Positions 1 to 11,101 are shown, numbered from the stretch's first letter. The stretch is 64,000 nt of DNA from an uncultured Gemmatimonadota bacterium (GCA_951812955.1 OX638340.1:96001-160000); one strand, 5' to 3'. Translations and numbers: made by a program. Notes: a model not told the origin generated them from the sequence alone.

Positions 1-536
1 GCCTGATACACCACGGCGAGGGCCGTACCCACACCCGATGTGGCGAGCGCGCCGGCATTGCAATGGGTGAGCACGCTCTGGCCGGACCGCAGCATGGCCG
101 CGCCGTGTTCACCGATCAGGCGGCAGGTACGCTCGTCCTCCGATTGTATCGCCTCGGCTTCTCTGAGCAGGGCGCGCTTGATGTCCTCCACCGGCGCCTC
201 ACGTTGTTCCAATGCGGTCCGGCGCATGCGTTCCAGGGCCCAGAACAGGTTCACCGCCGTGGGACGGGTCGCAGCCAGCAGGTCCACGGCCTCGTCGACC
301 TCCCGGCTGAAGGACAGGTATTCGTCCGCGCCGCTTTTCCGGACGCCGAGTACGACGCCGTAGGCCGCGGCGACGCCAATGGCCGGCGCGCCGCGCACTT
401 TCAGCCCTTTGATGGCCTCCGCCACGGATTCGATATCCCGGCAGTGCGCGTAGACCACTTCACCGGGCAGGCGCGTCTGGTCCAATAGTACCAGCACGCC
501 TTCGTCGCGGTCCCACCGTATGGTCGTGAAATTCAT
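1..536 (-). CDS. mtnA: S-methyl-5-thioribose-1-phosphate isomerase (eIF-2B alpha/beta/delta family); 5' portion only, the gene continues past the window start
   Basis: Reverse translation from ATG at 534-536 gives MNFTTIRWDRDEGVLVLLDQTRLPGEVVYAHCRD...GAPAIGVAAAYG, a classic MtnA N-terminus. It is absent from the ORF track because it is truncated by the window edge. Confidence 0.8.
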   Translation of the reverse strand, partial: MNFTTIRWDRDEGVLVLLDQTRLPGEVVYAHCRDIESVAEAIKGLKVRGAPAIGVAAAYGVVLGVRKSGADEYLSFSREVDEAVDLLAATRPTAVNLFWALERMRRTALEQREAPVEDIKRALLREAEAIQSEDERTCRLIGEHGAAMLRSGQSVLTHCNAGALATSGVGTALAVVYQ

Positions 537-567
537 GACTGCAACGTCTCTCCCGGGTTGATTCCGG

Positions 568-1467
568 TCAGGGCGTAATCATCTCCAGGAACCGGGCGTG
601 CCGGTCCGCAATCTCTTCTTCGGTGAGCGATACGAGCCGCCGGACACTGAAGTCTTCCACGTTGAAAGAAGCCATGACGCTTCCGTGCACCATGGCGCGT
701 TTCAGTGCGCCGACGCCCCTGTCGCCCGACTGGGCGAGATAACCCATGAAACCGCCCGCGAAGGTGTCCCCGGCGCCCGTCGGATCTACCACGGAGGTCA
801 CGGGGTATGAAGGGATGCCGTACCAGGCGTCGCGGGTACAGAGCGTCGCGCCGTGCGCACCTCTTTTGACGACTACGGCCCGCGGTCCGAGCTCCAGGAT
901 CCGTTCCGACGCCCGTACCAGGTTGTTGTCGTCCACCAGTTGAAGGGCCTCCTGGTCGTTGATGATCAATACGTCCACCCGGCTGAGCGTCGACAGCAGG
1001 GACGCCCGGTTGCCACTGATCCAGAAATCCATGGTGTCGCAGGCGACGATTCCGGGACGGTCCGCCTGGGAAAGCACTTCGCGCTGCAGGTCCGGGTCGA
1101 GGTTCGCCAGAAATACGTGATCGTGCGCACGGTGCCGGTCCGTCAGTACGGGTTTGAATCCGGAAAACACGTTCAATTGCGTGTCGATCGTGCGCCGGTC
1201 GTTCATATCGGCGGCGTATTCGCCTGCCCAGCGGAAGGTCTTGCCTTCCTTTATCTCAAGTCCCGATATGTCGACCTGTCTCTCCCGCAGGAAATCCAGG
1301 GACTCCAGGGGAAAGTCGTTCCCCACGACGGCGATGACGTCTACCGGCGCGTAGAAACTCGCGGCAGCCGAAAAATAGGTCGCCGAACCCCCGATCGCGT
1401 CGTTTGCTTCTCTTTCGGGCGTTTTCACAGAATCGAACGCTACCGAACCGACTACGAGAACGCCCAA
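568..1467 (-). CDS. PfkB-family carbohydrate/nucleoside kinase (ribokinase-like)
   Basis: 299 aa with an N-terminal VVGSVAFD stretch and a C-terminal DPTGAGDTFAGGF motif typical of PfkB kinases. Confidence 0.75.
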   Translation of the reverse strand: MGVLVVGSVAFDSVKTPEREANDAIGGSATYFSAAASFYAPVDVIAVVGNDFPLESLDFLRERQVDISGLEIKEGKTFRWAGEYAADMNDRRTIDTQLNVFSGFKPVLTDRHRAHDHVFLANLDPDLQREVLSQADRPGIVACDTMDFWISGNRASLLSTLSRVDVLIINDQEALQLVDDNNLVRASERILELGPRAVVVKRGAHGATLCTRDAWYGIPSYPVTSVVDPTGAGDTFAGGFMGYLAQSGDRGVGALKRAMVHGSVMASFNVEDFSVRRLVSLTEEEIADRHARFLEMITP

Positions 1468-1470
1468 TCC

Positions 1471-1908
1471 CTATGCCTCGCTTTCCAGCGCGTCCACCAC
1501 GTCTTCGGGAACGCCCGCATCCGGCCGGCGGATAATCTCACCCGTTACCGCGTCCGTCGAGACCTCGACCCGGGGCGCGTCTCCCCAGAGTCGTTCGAGT
1601 CCATAGAAAGCGCGGACTTCGTCTCTGAACACGTGTATTACCACGTCCACGTAGTCAAGCAGGACCCACCGCCAGCTCTGTTTGCCCTCCGAATGCCAGG
1701 GCGCCGTATCTCGCTCCTTGAGGTCTGCCGTTACCTGCTCGACGACCGCCTTGATCTGCGGTTCGGAACCGGCAGTCCCGATGACGAAGTAGTCCGTGAT
1801 GGAGGATAGCCCCCTGAGATCGATAATCATCACGTCGACCGCATTCTTGGCCAGCATGGAAAGGGCGGCCTGCTCAGCGATTTCTTGCGATGCCAACGCC
1901 ACGGTCAA
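1471..1908 (-). CDS. rsfS: ribosomal silencing factor RsfS (Iojap family)
   Basis: 145 aa with DYFVIGTA, VLLDYVDVVIHVF and ERLW motifs. It overlaps the next gene by 4 bp. Confidence 0.85.
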   Translation of the reverse strand: MTVALASQEIAEQAALSMLAKNAVDVMIIDLRGLSSITDYFVIGTAGSEPQIKAVVEQVTADLKERDTAPWHSEGKQSWRWVLLDYVDVVIHVFRDEVRAFYGLERLWGDAPRVEVSTDAVTGEIIRRPDAGVPEDVVDALESEA

Positions 1909-2441
1909 TCGTTCTCCTCGTAAAACAGCAGTTCACCGTAGTCTCTGCCGATCACCACCGATACGTCCACCAGGCGATCCTCATTACGCTGGAGCAGGAC
2001 GTGATGGGTGCCCAGTGCATTCCCGACCGCCCTGGCGGCCTGGGACGGGCCATCCGTTCCCCTGCGGTCCAGCACCACCGTTTCCCGGTAACCGAAATGA
2101 TCCGCGTTGTCGATATTGACCACGTCGAATCCCCGTTCCCTGAGGAAACGCATGGCCAATTGTCCGATACCCCGTTCCCCGCAACCATTCAGGACCTCCA
2201 CCTGCACCTGAAAGGCCGAGGGGTCTATGACCGCCGTGTCTGTACGTTCGGCGGATGAAGAAAATGCGGACGAAGTCGCCACCGAGTAGACCAGATAGGC
2301 GTTCAGTCCGATCAGGATAATGATAACGCCTTCGAGCAGCCGGACGCGCCAGCGGCCACCGGGCCCGCGCCCGTCCGAAACGGCGTCCCGCCTGTTCGCG
2401 GAGGGTTTGATGACTTTTCTCGCCATGGCAAAAGCCCACAC
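1905..2441 (-). CDS. LytR_C-domain protein with an N-terminal membrane anchor
   Basis: 178 aa. A hydrophobic segment (VIIILIGLNAYLVYSV) is followed by VEVLNGCGERGIGQLAMRFLRERGFDVVNIDNADHF, characteristic of the LytR C-terminal domain. Confidence 0.5.
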   Translation of the reverse strand: MWAFAMARKVIKPSANRRDAVSDGRGPGGRWRVRLLEGVIIILIGLNAYLVYSVATSSAFSSSAERTDTAVIDPSAFQVQVEVLNGCGERGIGQLAMRFLRERGFDVVNIDNADHFGYRETVVLDRRGTDGPSQAARAVGNALGTHHVLLQRNEDRLVDVSVVIGRDYGELLFYEEND

Positions 2442-2716
2442 GGTTCACGTCCTGAAAATGGCCTGTACCGGGACCGTGGGACAATAGATCTTTAGCTTTC
2501 CAAAGAATACCGGGGAGCGAACTAGGGGAATACACCAGGAAGGGAAACATAGGCAGGGTACCAACAGTGTTTCATTGACCAGTTCCTTTCACCATGCGAT
2601 CCCCCTTTGTATCCCGGTCTCGACGTAATCCCGCCTGTCCGATCGAACCCTGGTTCGACAGGTGGAATTCGATTCGCTTTCCAGACCCCTATATATACAG
2701 ATGTAAGGGTATGGTG

Positions 2717-3529
2717 TCAACTCTTTTTTGCCTGGTTCGAGGCGTCACGCGGTCCGGTTGCGCAAGGCCTTTCGCGGGCGCGTTCACGCAGCCGGGATTC
2801 GGCCTCCGACAGGTGCTCCGGGGTGTTTATCCCGACGGTCTCTTCCGGCATCCCGGCCGGTGCGTCCGCTATGGGACTGCCCTGTCGCCGGAGTATCTCG
2901 ATGGTATCCGTCAGATAGAACTCGCCCTGTCTGTTTTCCGGAGTCAGTTGATCCAGCGCCCGCAGCAGCAGGGAGGGCTCGAAACAATAGGTGCTGGTGT
3001 TGATCTCCCGAAGGGTCCGTTGTTCCGCCGTGGCGTCCTTCTCCTCTACGATCCGGTCGATGCGTCCCGCGCCGTCGCGCAGGATGCGGCCCAGGCCCGT
3101 GGGATCGCTGACGTGGGCGGTTAGTACCGAGGCCGCGGCACCGTTCCGGCTATGGGCATGAATCAACGACTCCAGGGTGGAGCGACGGATCAGCGGGGTA
3201 TCGCCGGCCAGGACGAGGACGATGCCGCTTTCACCGGCCAGCAGGGGAACGGCCTGTTGCACAGCGTGACCCGTGCCCAGTTGTTCGTTCTGCACGGCGA
3301 ATTCCACAGGCCAGCCGGCGAGGGCGCGCTTCACCGCGTCCGCCTGGTGGCCAACGATGACGATGACCCGTCGCGGGCGAAGCGCAAAGGCGGTCTCGAG
3401 CACATGGTGGATGAGCGGCCTGCCGTTTAGTCTGTGCAGCACCTTGGCCAGGTCGGATCCCATCCGGGTACCCTTTCCCGCCGCCAGAACCACCGTGATC
3501 AGGTCGCTGTTTCCTTCTGCCATGGACAC
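2717..3529 (-). CDS. sugar-phosphate nucleotidyltransferase resembling the GlmU N-terminal uridylyltransferase domain, with no LbH acetyltransferase half
   Basis: 270 aa with VLAAGKGTRMGSDLAKVLH, GTGHAVQQ and LAGDTPL motifs of GlmU/MobA-type NTP transferases. The ORF ends without the hexapeptide-repeat domain. Confidence 0.6.
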   Translation of the reverse strand: MSMAEGNSDLITVVLAAGKGTRMGSDLAKVLHRLNGRPLIHHVLETAFALRPRRVIVIVGHQADAVKRALAGWPVEFAVQNEQLGTGHAVQQAVPLLAGESGIVLVLAGDTPLIRRSTLESLIHAHSRNGAAASVLTAHVSDPTGLGRILRDGAGRIDRIVEEKDATAEQRTLREINTSTYCFEPSLLLRALDQLTPENRQGEFYLTDTIEILRRQGSPIADAPAGMPEETVGINTPEHLSEAESRLRERARERPCATGPRDASNQAKKS

Positions 3530-3534
3530 TCCGG

Positions 3535-4029
3535 TTATGGGTCGGCAACACGGCGGACGAGATGGTCCACCGGTTTCAGGTCTTCCAGCAGGTCCGATAC
3601 GGTTCGCCCGTGTACGGGGTGGACCAGGTCCGGCTGGATCTCCGCCAGGGGTGCGAGTACGAAGGCGCGCTCCGCCATGGCCGGATGGGGCAGGGAAAGC
3701 CGGGGAAGATCGAGCACCAGGTCATCGTAGATCAGCAGGTCGAGATCGATTTCACGGGGTCCGTTCTTCCAGGTCGCGGTCCGACCCAGGCGCTCTTCGA
3801 CTTTCTTCAAAGCATCCAGCAGATGCGGGGGCGACAGCGTGGTGTCCAGCAGGACGGCCCCGTTTATGAAATCCGCCTGGTCAGCGTAGCCTACCGGCCG
3901 GGTTTCGTACCATGAAGAGCCCTTCACCACCCGGATACCGGAATGTCCGGCCAGTTCGGAAACCGCCTGCCGGCACCGCCCGATCCGATCCCCCAAGTTG
4001 CTGCCCAGTCCCAGGGCGGCTGACGCCAT
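3535..4029 (-). CDS. folK: 2-amino-4-hydroxy-6-hydroxymethyldihydropteridine pyrophosphokinase (HPPK)
   Basis: The HPPK core MASAALGLGSNLGDR...WYETRPVGY...REIDLDLLIYDD is present. The ORF-track extension to 4215 is a GC-rich non-homologous leader, so the internal ATG at 4027-4029 was chosen as start. Confidence 0.8.
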   Translation of the reverse strand: MASAALGLGSNLGDRIGRCRQAVSELAGHSGIRVVKGSSWYETRPVGYADQADFINGAVLLDTTLSPPHLLDALKKVEERLGRTATWKNGPREIDLDLLIYDDLVLDLPRLSLPHPAMAERAFVLAPLAEIQPDLVHPVHGRTVSDLLEDLKPVDHLVRRVADP

Positions 4030-4058
4030 TTCACACCCTACCGGCCGGTACCTTCGTT

Positions 4059-4430
4059 CTACCGGCTCCGGTTCAATTCGACCTCCACGGCTCCAAAACG
4101 CAGCGCCCTGGCTACCGCGGGTTTGCGCAGTCTGACCACGACCTGTTCCACCTGCGGATAGGACGACAGCAAATCGTCCGCCACCCGGCCGGCGACCGCT
4201 TCCAGGAGCCGGCACGGCTCACCGCCGAGTATGTTTCCCACGCGCAGGCGTACGTCCGCATAGTCGACGGTGTCGTCCAGGCAGTCCGAGCTCGAAGGTA
4301 CGGACAGGTCCATGCGCAAGGCCACATCGGCCTCGAATACCTGTCCGCGTGTTCGTTCCCGTCCAGTTGCACCGTGATGGCCAAATGCGCGGATATCCCG
4401 CAATCTGATCCAGTCTACCGGCATGGACAT
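4059..4430 (-). CDS. folB: dihydroneopterin aldolase
   Basis: 123 aa with IRAFGHHGATGRERTRGQVFEADVAL and LLEAVAGRVADDLL, typical of FolB. It lies immediately upstream of folK. Confidence 0.8.
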   Translation of the reverse strand: MSMPVDWIRLRDIRAFGHHGATGRERTRGQVFEADVALRMDLSVPSSSDCLDDTVDYADVRLRVGNILGGEPCRLLEAVAGRVADDLLSSYPQVEQVVVRLRKPAVARALRFGAVEVELNRSR

Positions 4431-4437
4431 GATCCGA

Positions 4438-5676
4438 TCAGGCGAGACTGACCGCGGGGAATGCCCGCTTGCGCAACCGGAAACGGGACATCAGCCGGTC
4501 CATGCGTTCCAGTACGGTCTGAATCTGGGACTCGTCGCCATTGAGGGCTATCCGGACGTATCCTTCGCCGTATTCACCCAGGTACGCACCAGGCACGACG
4601 AAAACGCCTGCCTTGCGCAGCAGGATGCTGAATCGAACGGAGGAATAGCGGGGCGGCACGGGAAGCCACACGTAAGGGCCTCCCCGGGGCGTTCGCAGTT
4701 TCCAGCCGATTTCGCGCAGTCCCGAGACCATCTGATCGCGCCGCGACTGGTATGTCGAGACCACCTCTTCGGCGTGCCGGTTCAAATCCGGTAACACCGC
4801 GGCCGCCGCTGCTTCGAAGGCGGGAAGCAGCGGAGCGTGCATGTGGGAGGTCAACTGGGACATGGCGGCCAGCGCGGAAGGATTGCCTACGGCGATGCCC
4901 AGGTCACGAAAAACGCCACCGGGCAGCATGGCGAGGGAGAACAGTTCGATGCCCACGTTCATAGCGCCGGGAGTCTGCAACAGGCTGGGGGCTTGGATCC
5001 CGTCGTACGTCAGCAAGTGCTGGGTGGCGTCGTGACAGACGATGATATTGTGCCGGCGTGCGAAATCCACGAGTTCCCGGTAAAACGAGTGGTCCGCCAC
5101 GGTCCCGGTGGGATCGTTCGGATATCCGACGTACATCAGTTTTGCCTGCCCGGCGACACGGGTATCGATTTGTTTCAGATTGGGCAGGAAATCGTTCCGG
5201 CCGTGCAGGGGATAGGCCTGGACCTGACCGTTCGCCAGTACAGTTCCGGTTCTGTAGGCCGGGTGGGAAGGGTCGGGGATCAGTACGGTTTCGCCGGGAT
5301 TGACTAACGCCATGGCCACGCTGGCCGGTCCCAACGCCGTACCCGCGAAAGGCAGGATATGCAGGTCCGGATCGATATCCACGTCGAACCGGTAGGCGAA
5401 CCAGTTGCTGAATACCCTGCGGAACCCGTCGCCGGCGAGCGGACCCGCTTCGGCAGGATCCACCGGACTATCCGCCACGACCGCGCCGGCCGCTTCGGTG
5501 ACAATCCGTTCAATGGTCTCGTGATGGATGGGGGTATCGGCGAAACCCGTGGTGAGGTCAATGGGTTCGATCCCCCTGGCGGCCAGTCTTCTCAGATACC
5601 GTGAATGTTCCAGGGGCCGGTTCAGCGGGACCCGGTGAAGCCGTTCCGCGCGTTCTATGACCATCGGGTTTCTCAT
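4438..5676 (-). CDS. class I/II (fold type I) aminotransferase-like protein in which the expected PLP-lysine position reads Leu
   Basis: 412 aa with GYPNDPTGT (the NPTG motif), HDATQ (the D of DxxY) and GYVRIAL (the C-terminal substrate Arg). Where the SFSK-type segment is expected the sequence reads ELFSLAMLPGGVFRDLGIAVGNP. Confidence 0.7.
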   Translation of the reverse strand: MRNPMVIERAERLHRVPLNRPLEHSRYLRRLAARGIEPIDLTTGFADTPIHHETIERIVTEAAGAVVADSPVDPAEAGPLAGDGFRRVFSNWFAYRFDVDIDPDLHILPFAGTALGPASVAMALVNPGETVLIPDPSHPAYRTGTVLANGQVQAYPLHGRNDFLPNLKQIDTRVAGQAKLMYVGYPNDPTGTVADHSFYRELVDFARRHNIIVCHDATQHLLTYDGIQAPSLLQTPGAMNVGIELFSLAMLPGGVFRDLGIAVGNPSALAAMSQLTSHMHAPLLPAFEAAAAAVLPDLNRHAEEVVSTYQSRRDQMVSGLREIGWKLRTPRGGPYVWLPVPPRYSSVRFSILLRKAGVFVVPGAYLGEYGEGYVRIALNGDESQIQTVLERMDRLMSRFRLRKRAFPAVSLA

Positions 5677-5832
5677 GGCCTCTCCGTCGCTCTGGACCTG
5701 TCTCCGACAAACCGCCTGTCTACCGGGAAATATAGAAGCAGGCTATGTCCGCAGCAAGAAAAAACCCCCGATGCCGCCACCGGGGGTTTTTCGTGAACCG
5801 GCCGTCGACCGGTCCCTCGTTTTATATCCCGC

Positions 5833-7464
<1,632 letters not shown>

Positions 7465-7576
7465 CTATGATTCCCCGGATGATTCCGGGCGTTTCTGATC
7501 GAGGTGAACCGGCGTGGCCGCACGCACTTTTTGATTCACCTAAATACTTATATCTACAACAAGTAGCAACTCGATA

Positions 7577-7603
7577 TTAGCAGTCGATCGTCCAGTCTGC
7601 TAA
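7577..7603 (-). promoter_or_regulatory. CIRCE-like inverted repeat (putative HrcA operator) in the groEL leader
   Basis: Read on the minus strand: TTAGCAGAC-N9-GACTGCTAA, compared with the CIRCE consensus TTAGCACTC-N9-GAGTGCTAA. It sits just downstream of the predicted -10. Confidence 0.5.
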
Positions 7604-7630
7604 TATAGGAAAGGTCGGATGGGAATGCAA
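7602..7630 (-). promoter_or_regulatory. sigma70-type promoter of groEL
   Basis: The minus strand reads TTGCAT-17nt-TATATT, immediately 5' of the CIRCE-like element. Confidence 0.45.
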
Positions 7631-7677
7631 GGTTTTTTTGTTTGTGACGGCGAACGAACGGGGGATGGATCGAGGTA

Positions 7678-8511
7678 CTATCGACGTGCGCGGAGCCGTA
7701 TGGAACCGGAGCGGATGACGACGTCGTCGCCGCCGTCTCTTTCGAGCAACAGGCCGCCTTCTTCGTCGACGCGGGACACCCGGCCGGAGAGGCCGGCGGG
7801 ACTGTCGACCTCGACCGTCCGACCCCGCCAGGCGAGGCGGGCGTCGACCTCGGTGAGCACAGACTCGGGTCCGGACTCCAGGTAGTCGCCGTAGGCGGAT
7901 TCGAAGGAGGCCAGGATGGACAGGAACAGGTCCTCGCGCTTCACGGGGCCGCCCGATTCGATACGCAGCGACGTGGCGGCAGCGGAGATCTCATCGGGGA
8001 ACTGATCGCGGGTGTGATTTACGTTGATCCCCATGCCGATCACGATGACCGGCTCGTCACCTGCTACGGCGCGGGTCTCGGCAAGGATACCGGCGACCTT
8101 GCGGTCCCGAATGAGCAGGTCGTTCGGCCACTTGATCTGTACGGCCACGCCGGCAGCCTTCTCCAGGGCGCGGGCGACGGCGGCGGCCGAGCATAGCGTA
8201 AGCGGAGGGGTCCGGGCGGCGGACAGTCTCGGCCTGAGCAGGATGGACGTCCAGATTCCGCATCCGGGCGGGGAGAACCACCCGTAACCGCGCCGGCCCC
8301 GGCCGGCCGACTGCTCATCGGCCAGGCAGACCGTCCCGTGCGGAGCGCCGTGTCCGGCCATGTCCAGGATCACGTCATTGGTGGAACCCACCCGTTCTCT
8401 GTATTCCAATACGCGGCCGAAGACCCGTGTCGACAACTTCCCGCGCAACCGCTCCGCGTCATACCGATCCTGGTATTCATCGAACTCATCGGTTCCGGCA
8501 TGGGCTTTCAT
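7678..8511 (-). CDS. birA: biotin--[acetyl-CoA-carboxylase] ligase (group I, no N-terminal HTH)
   Basis: 277 aa with GRGRRGYGWFSPPG, KWPNDLL and a C-terminal SH3-like region. Confidence 0.85.
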   Translation of the reverse strand: MKAHAGTDEFDEYQDRYDAERLRGKLSTRVFGRVLEYRERVGSTNDVILDMAGHGAPHGTVCLADEQSAGRGRRGYGWFSPPGCGIWTSILLRPRLSAARTPPLTLCSAAAVARALEKAAGVAVQIKWPNDLLIRDRKVAGILAETRAVAGDEPVIVIGMGINVNHTRDQFPDEISAAATSLRIESGGPVKREDLFLSILASFESAYGDYLESGPESVLTEVDARLAWRGRTVEVDSPAGLSGRVSRVDEEGGLLLERDGGDDVVIRSGSIRLRARR

Positions 8512-8609
8512 CGTCGTTCCGGTCTGGCGGGACGCGGTGTCGCGTCGTTGGGTGGTGGCGCGGTCTGGTATCGATACATCAGGATCAGGCAGGCCCCGGG
8601 GCGCAAGGA

Positions 8610-9488
8610 TCAGGAAGATGCAACCATATTCAGACTGATATCGAGGGCCGGCGCCGAGTGGGTCAGGGCGCCGACCGATATTACGTCGACGCCGGTGTTA
8701 GCGATCGTCCCGATCCGGTCCAACTTGACCGCACCCGAAGCTTCGACCACGATAGGCCGCTCCGCCGTGGCAGCGGCGCGGATGCGTGCGACCGCAACCC
8801 GCATTTCCTCATCGTTCATGTTGTCCAGCATGATCCAGTCCGCCCCGCTGCGTACAGCCTCTTCGACCTGGGCAAGGCCGCACGTCTCCACCTCGACGGC
8901 ATACCGCCTGCCCGAAAGCGCCATGTTCGATCGGCACAAACTAACGGCGGCGGCGATGCCTCCCGCGGCGGCGATGTGATTGTCCTTGATCAGCGCCATG
9001 TCGAAGAGACCGTGGCGGTGATTGTCTCCGCCACCATGCAATACGGCCCTTTTCTCCAGTTCGCGGAGACCGGGCGTAGTCTTTCGGGTATCCACGATGC
9101 GCGCGCCGGTGTTTCGAACGGCATCGACGTATAGCCGGGTCGTCGAGGCGATACCGGAAAGGTGGCGCATGAAGTTCAGCGCCGTGCGCTCACCGGTAAG
9201 CAACGACCGCGTATCGCCCCGTACTTCGGCGATGGGCCGGCCGGATTCCACCGGGTCGCCATCGGCCAGCAACGCCTGGAATTCAAGGCTGGCGTCCACC
9301 TCCCGGTATGTGAGACACGCCGGGAACAGGCCGGATACGATACCGGGCTGCTTCGCCTCGAACCGGGCGCGGGCGAAAGACCCGGGAGCCAGCGTCCACT
9401 CGGTGGTGACATCGCCGTCTCCCACGTCTTCTCGCAAGGCGCGGGTCACGATTTCCTTAAGCGATTCCAGGTCGAACTTCGTGTCCAC
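8610..9488 (-). CDS. nadC: nicotinate-nucleotide pyrophosphorylase (carboxylating) / quinolinate phosphoribosyltransferase
   Basis: 292 aa with LLTGERTALNF, DTRKTTPGLR, ALIKDNHI and MLDNM motifs. Confidence 0.9.
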   Translation of the reverse strand: MDTKFDLESLKEIVTRALREDVGDGDVTTEWTLAPGSFARARFEAKQPGIVSGLFPACLTYREVDASLEFQALLADGDPVESGRPIAEVRGDTRSLLTGERTALNFMRHLSGIASTTRLYVDAVRNTGARIVDTRKTTPGLRELEKRAVLHGGGDNHRHGLFDMALIKDNHIAAAGGIAAAVSLCRSNMALSGRRYAVEVETCGLAQVEEAVRSGADWIMLDNMNDEEMRVAVARIRAAATAERPIVVEASGAVKLDRIGTIANTGVDVISVGALTHSAPALDISLNMVASS

Positions 9489-9503
9489 TTCAGCCTGTCC
9501 TCT

Positions 9504-11075
9504 TTATGGTGTGGCCGGCCCTTCGCCGATCTTCAGGAACGCGCCGGGCAAATGGTCTATGAGATCACCGGCCACCAGGCTGTGCGTACCCATGGCTTCC
9601 GCGCCGAGATCCCCGGCCAGCCCGTGGAGGTAGACCCCCAGACGGGCTGCGTCCCACGCGCCGAGTCCCTGTGCGAGCAAGGCGGCGATGATCCCGGTAA
9701 GCACGTCGCCCGATCCGGCGGTGGCCATGCCCGGATTCCCCGTGGGATTAACGGAAACCTTACCGCAGGGGGAAGCCACCAGCGAGGCGGCGCCCTTGAG
9801 CACGAGGGTCACCTGCAGTGAACCGGCGGTTTGCCTCGCTACCGCGGCGCGGTTCGCCTCGATCTCTTCTACGGCCACGTTCGTCAGCCTGGACAACTCG
9901 AACACATGGGGCGTCATGATCATTTCCGGCCGCGGGCCTGACAGGTCGTCCGCGTAGCCGGAGAAAGCGTTCACGCCGTCGGCGTCGATGACGACCGGCC
10001 GCTCGCTGTTCATCACGACGCGGCGGACCAGGGAAGACGTTTCCTCGTGGCGCGTGAGACCCGGCCCGATGGCCAGCACGTCCGCCCAGGAAAGCAGTGA
10101 TTCGATACCGGGTCCGGCCTCGAGAGAAAGCGATCCCCCGTCGGTTTCGGGCAGGCTTCGGAGCATCACCTCCGTGTGCCTGGCAGCGAGGGCGTCCATG
10201 AGGTTCGCAGGCGATCCGAGCATGACCATGCCCGCGCCGCCGCGCAGGGCCGCACGGGAAGCCAGCGTGGCCGAACCCGCCATACCCGCCGAGCCGGCGA
10301 CGATGGCGACCCGCCCCCTGCTGCCCTTATGGTCATCCGGGAGGTGAACAGGGACCAGGCCGGCCATCTCGCTACGCTCCGGCATGGAGAGGTACAGCCC
10401 TTCCGCTTCTACCGCCCGTTCGGGAAAACCGATGTCCGCCACATCCACGCTGCCGCACCAGGACCGGCCGGGAAAGGTGGCCAGGTCGACCTTCATCAGG
10501 CCGATCGCCAGGGTATGGTCGGCGCGGACGCATGTCCAATCCGCGGTAGGTCGGGACTGCGGATAACCGCAGCCGGGCGCCAGGCCCGACGGGGTGTCGA
10601 CGGAGAGCACGGGGGAAGGGCTGAGGTTGATCTCCGCGATGGCGGATTCGTACGGTACCCGCGGCGGCCCTTTCGTTCCGGTGCCGAGCAGGGCGTCGAT
10701 GATCAGCGCCGGCGTCCGATCGGACAGATCGAGCGGACCGTCAGGCCGGAATGCCGGTGAAAGGCCGGCTTCCTCGAGCCGCTCCAGGTGCCTCGCGGCG
10801 TCACCCGATACAGCGGTTTTGCGGGCCAGCGCGTGGCAGGTGACCCTGGCGCCCCACAGGTGGAGATACCGTGCGGCCACGAAACCGTCACCTCCGTTGT
10901 TTCCTTTTCCGCAAGCCACGGCGATTGCCTTGCCGGCCACGCCGCCAAGCATCTGCTTCGCGGTTTCGGCCACCCGGCAGCCCGCTCTTTCCATGAGTTC
11001 ATATCCGGACAGGCCGTAGTTTTCAATGGTCCGGCGGTCGATCGACCGCATCTGCCGGTTGGTACAGAGTCTCAT
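9504..11075 (-). CDS. nnr: bifunctional NAD(P)H-hydrate repair enzyme (epimerase plus ADP-dependent dehydratase; YjeF N+C)
   Basis: 523 aa. The YjeF_N part carries CGKGNNGGDGFVAARYL and the C-terminal carbohydrate-kinase-like part carries GPGLT...GSGDVLTG. Confidence 0.85.
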   Translation of the reverse strand: MRLCTNRQMRSIDRRTIENYGLSGYELMERAGCRVAETAKQMLGGVAGKAIAVACGKGNNGGDGFVAARYLHLWGARVTCHALARKTAVSGDAARHLERLEEAGLSPAFRPDGPLDLSDRTPALIIDALLGTGTKGPPRVPYESAIAEINLSPSPVLSVDTPSGLAPGCGYPQSRPTADWTCVRADHTLAIGLMKVDLATFPGRSWCGSVDVADIGFPERAVEAEGLYLSMPERSEMAGLVPVHLPDDHKGSRGRVAIVAGSAGMAGSATLASRAALRGGAGMVMLGSPANLMDALAARHTEVMLRSLPETDGGSLSLEAGPGIESLLSWADVLAIGPGLTRHEETSSLVRRVVMNSERPVVIDADGVNAFSGYADDLSGPRPEMIMTPHVFELSRLTNVAVEEIEANRAAVARQTAGSLQVTLVLKGAASLVASPCGKVSVNPTGNPGMATAGSGDVLTGIIAALLAQGLGAWDAARLGVYLHGLAGDLGAEAMGTHSLVAGDLIDHLPGAFLKIGEGPATP

Positions 11076-11101
11076 GATCTGAACTCGCGGTAGGGACCGC
11101 G

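Noticed and set aside
2442-2716. 275-bp gap between the LytR_C gene and the nucleotidyltransferase gene as a possible ncRNA
   Set aside because: No recognisable structured-RNA signature could be identified by eye. It is probably just the promoter or leader for the rsfS-LytR_C transcript.
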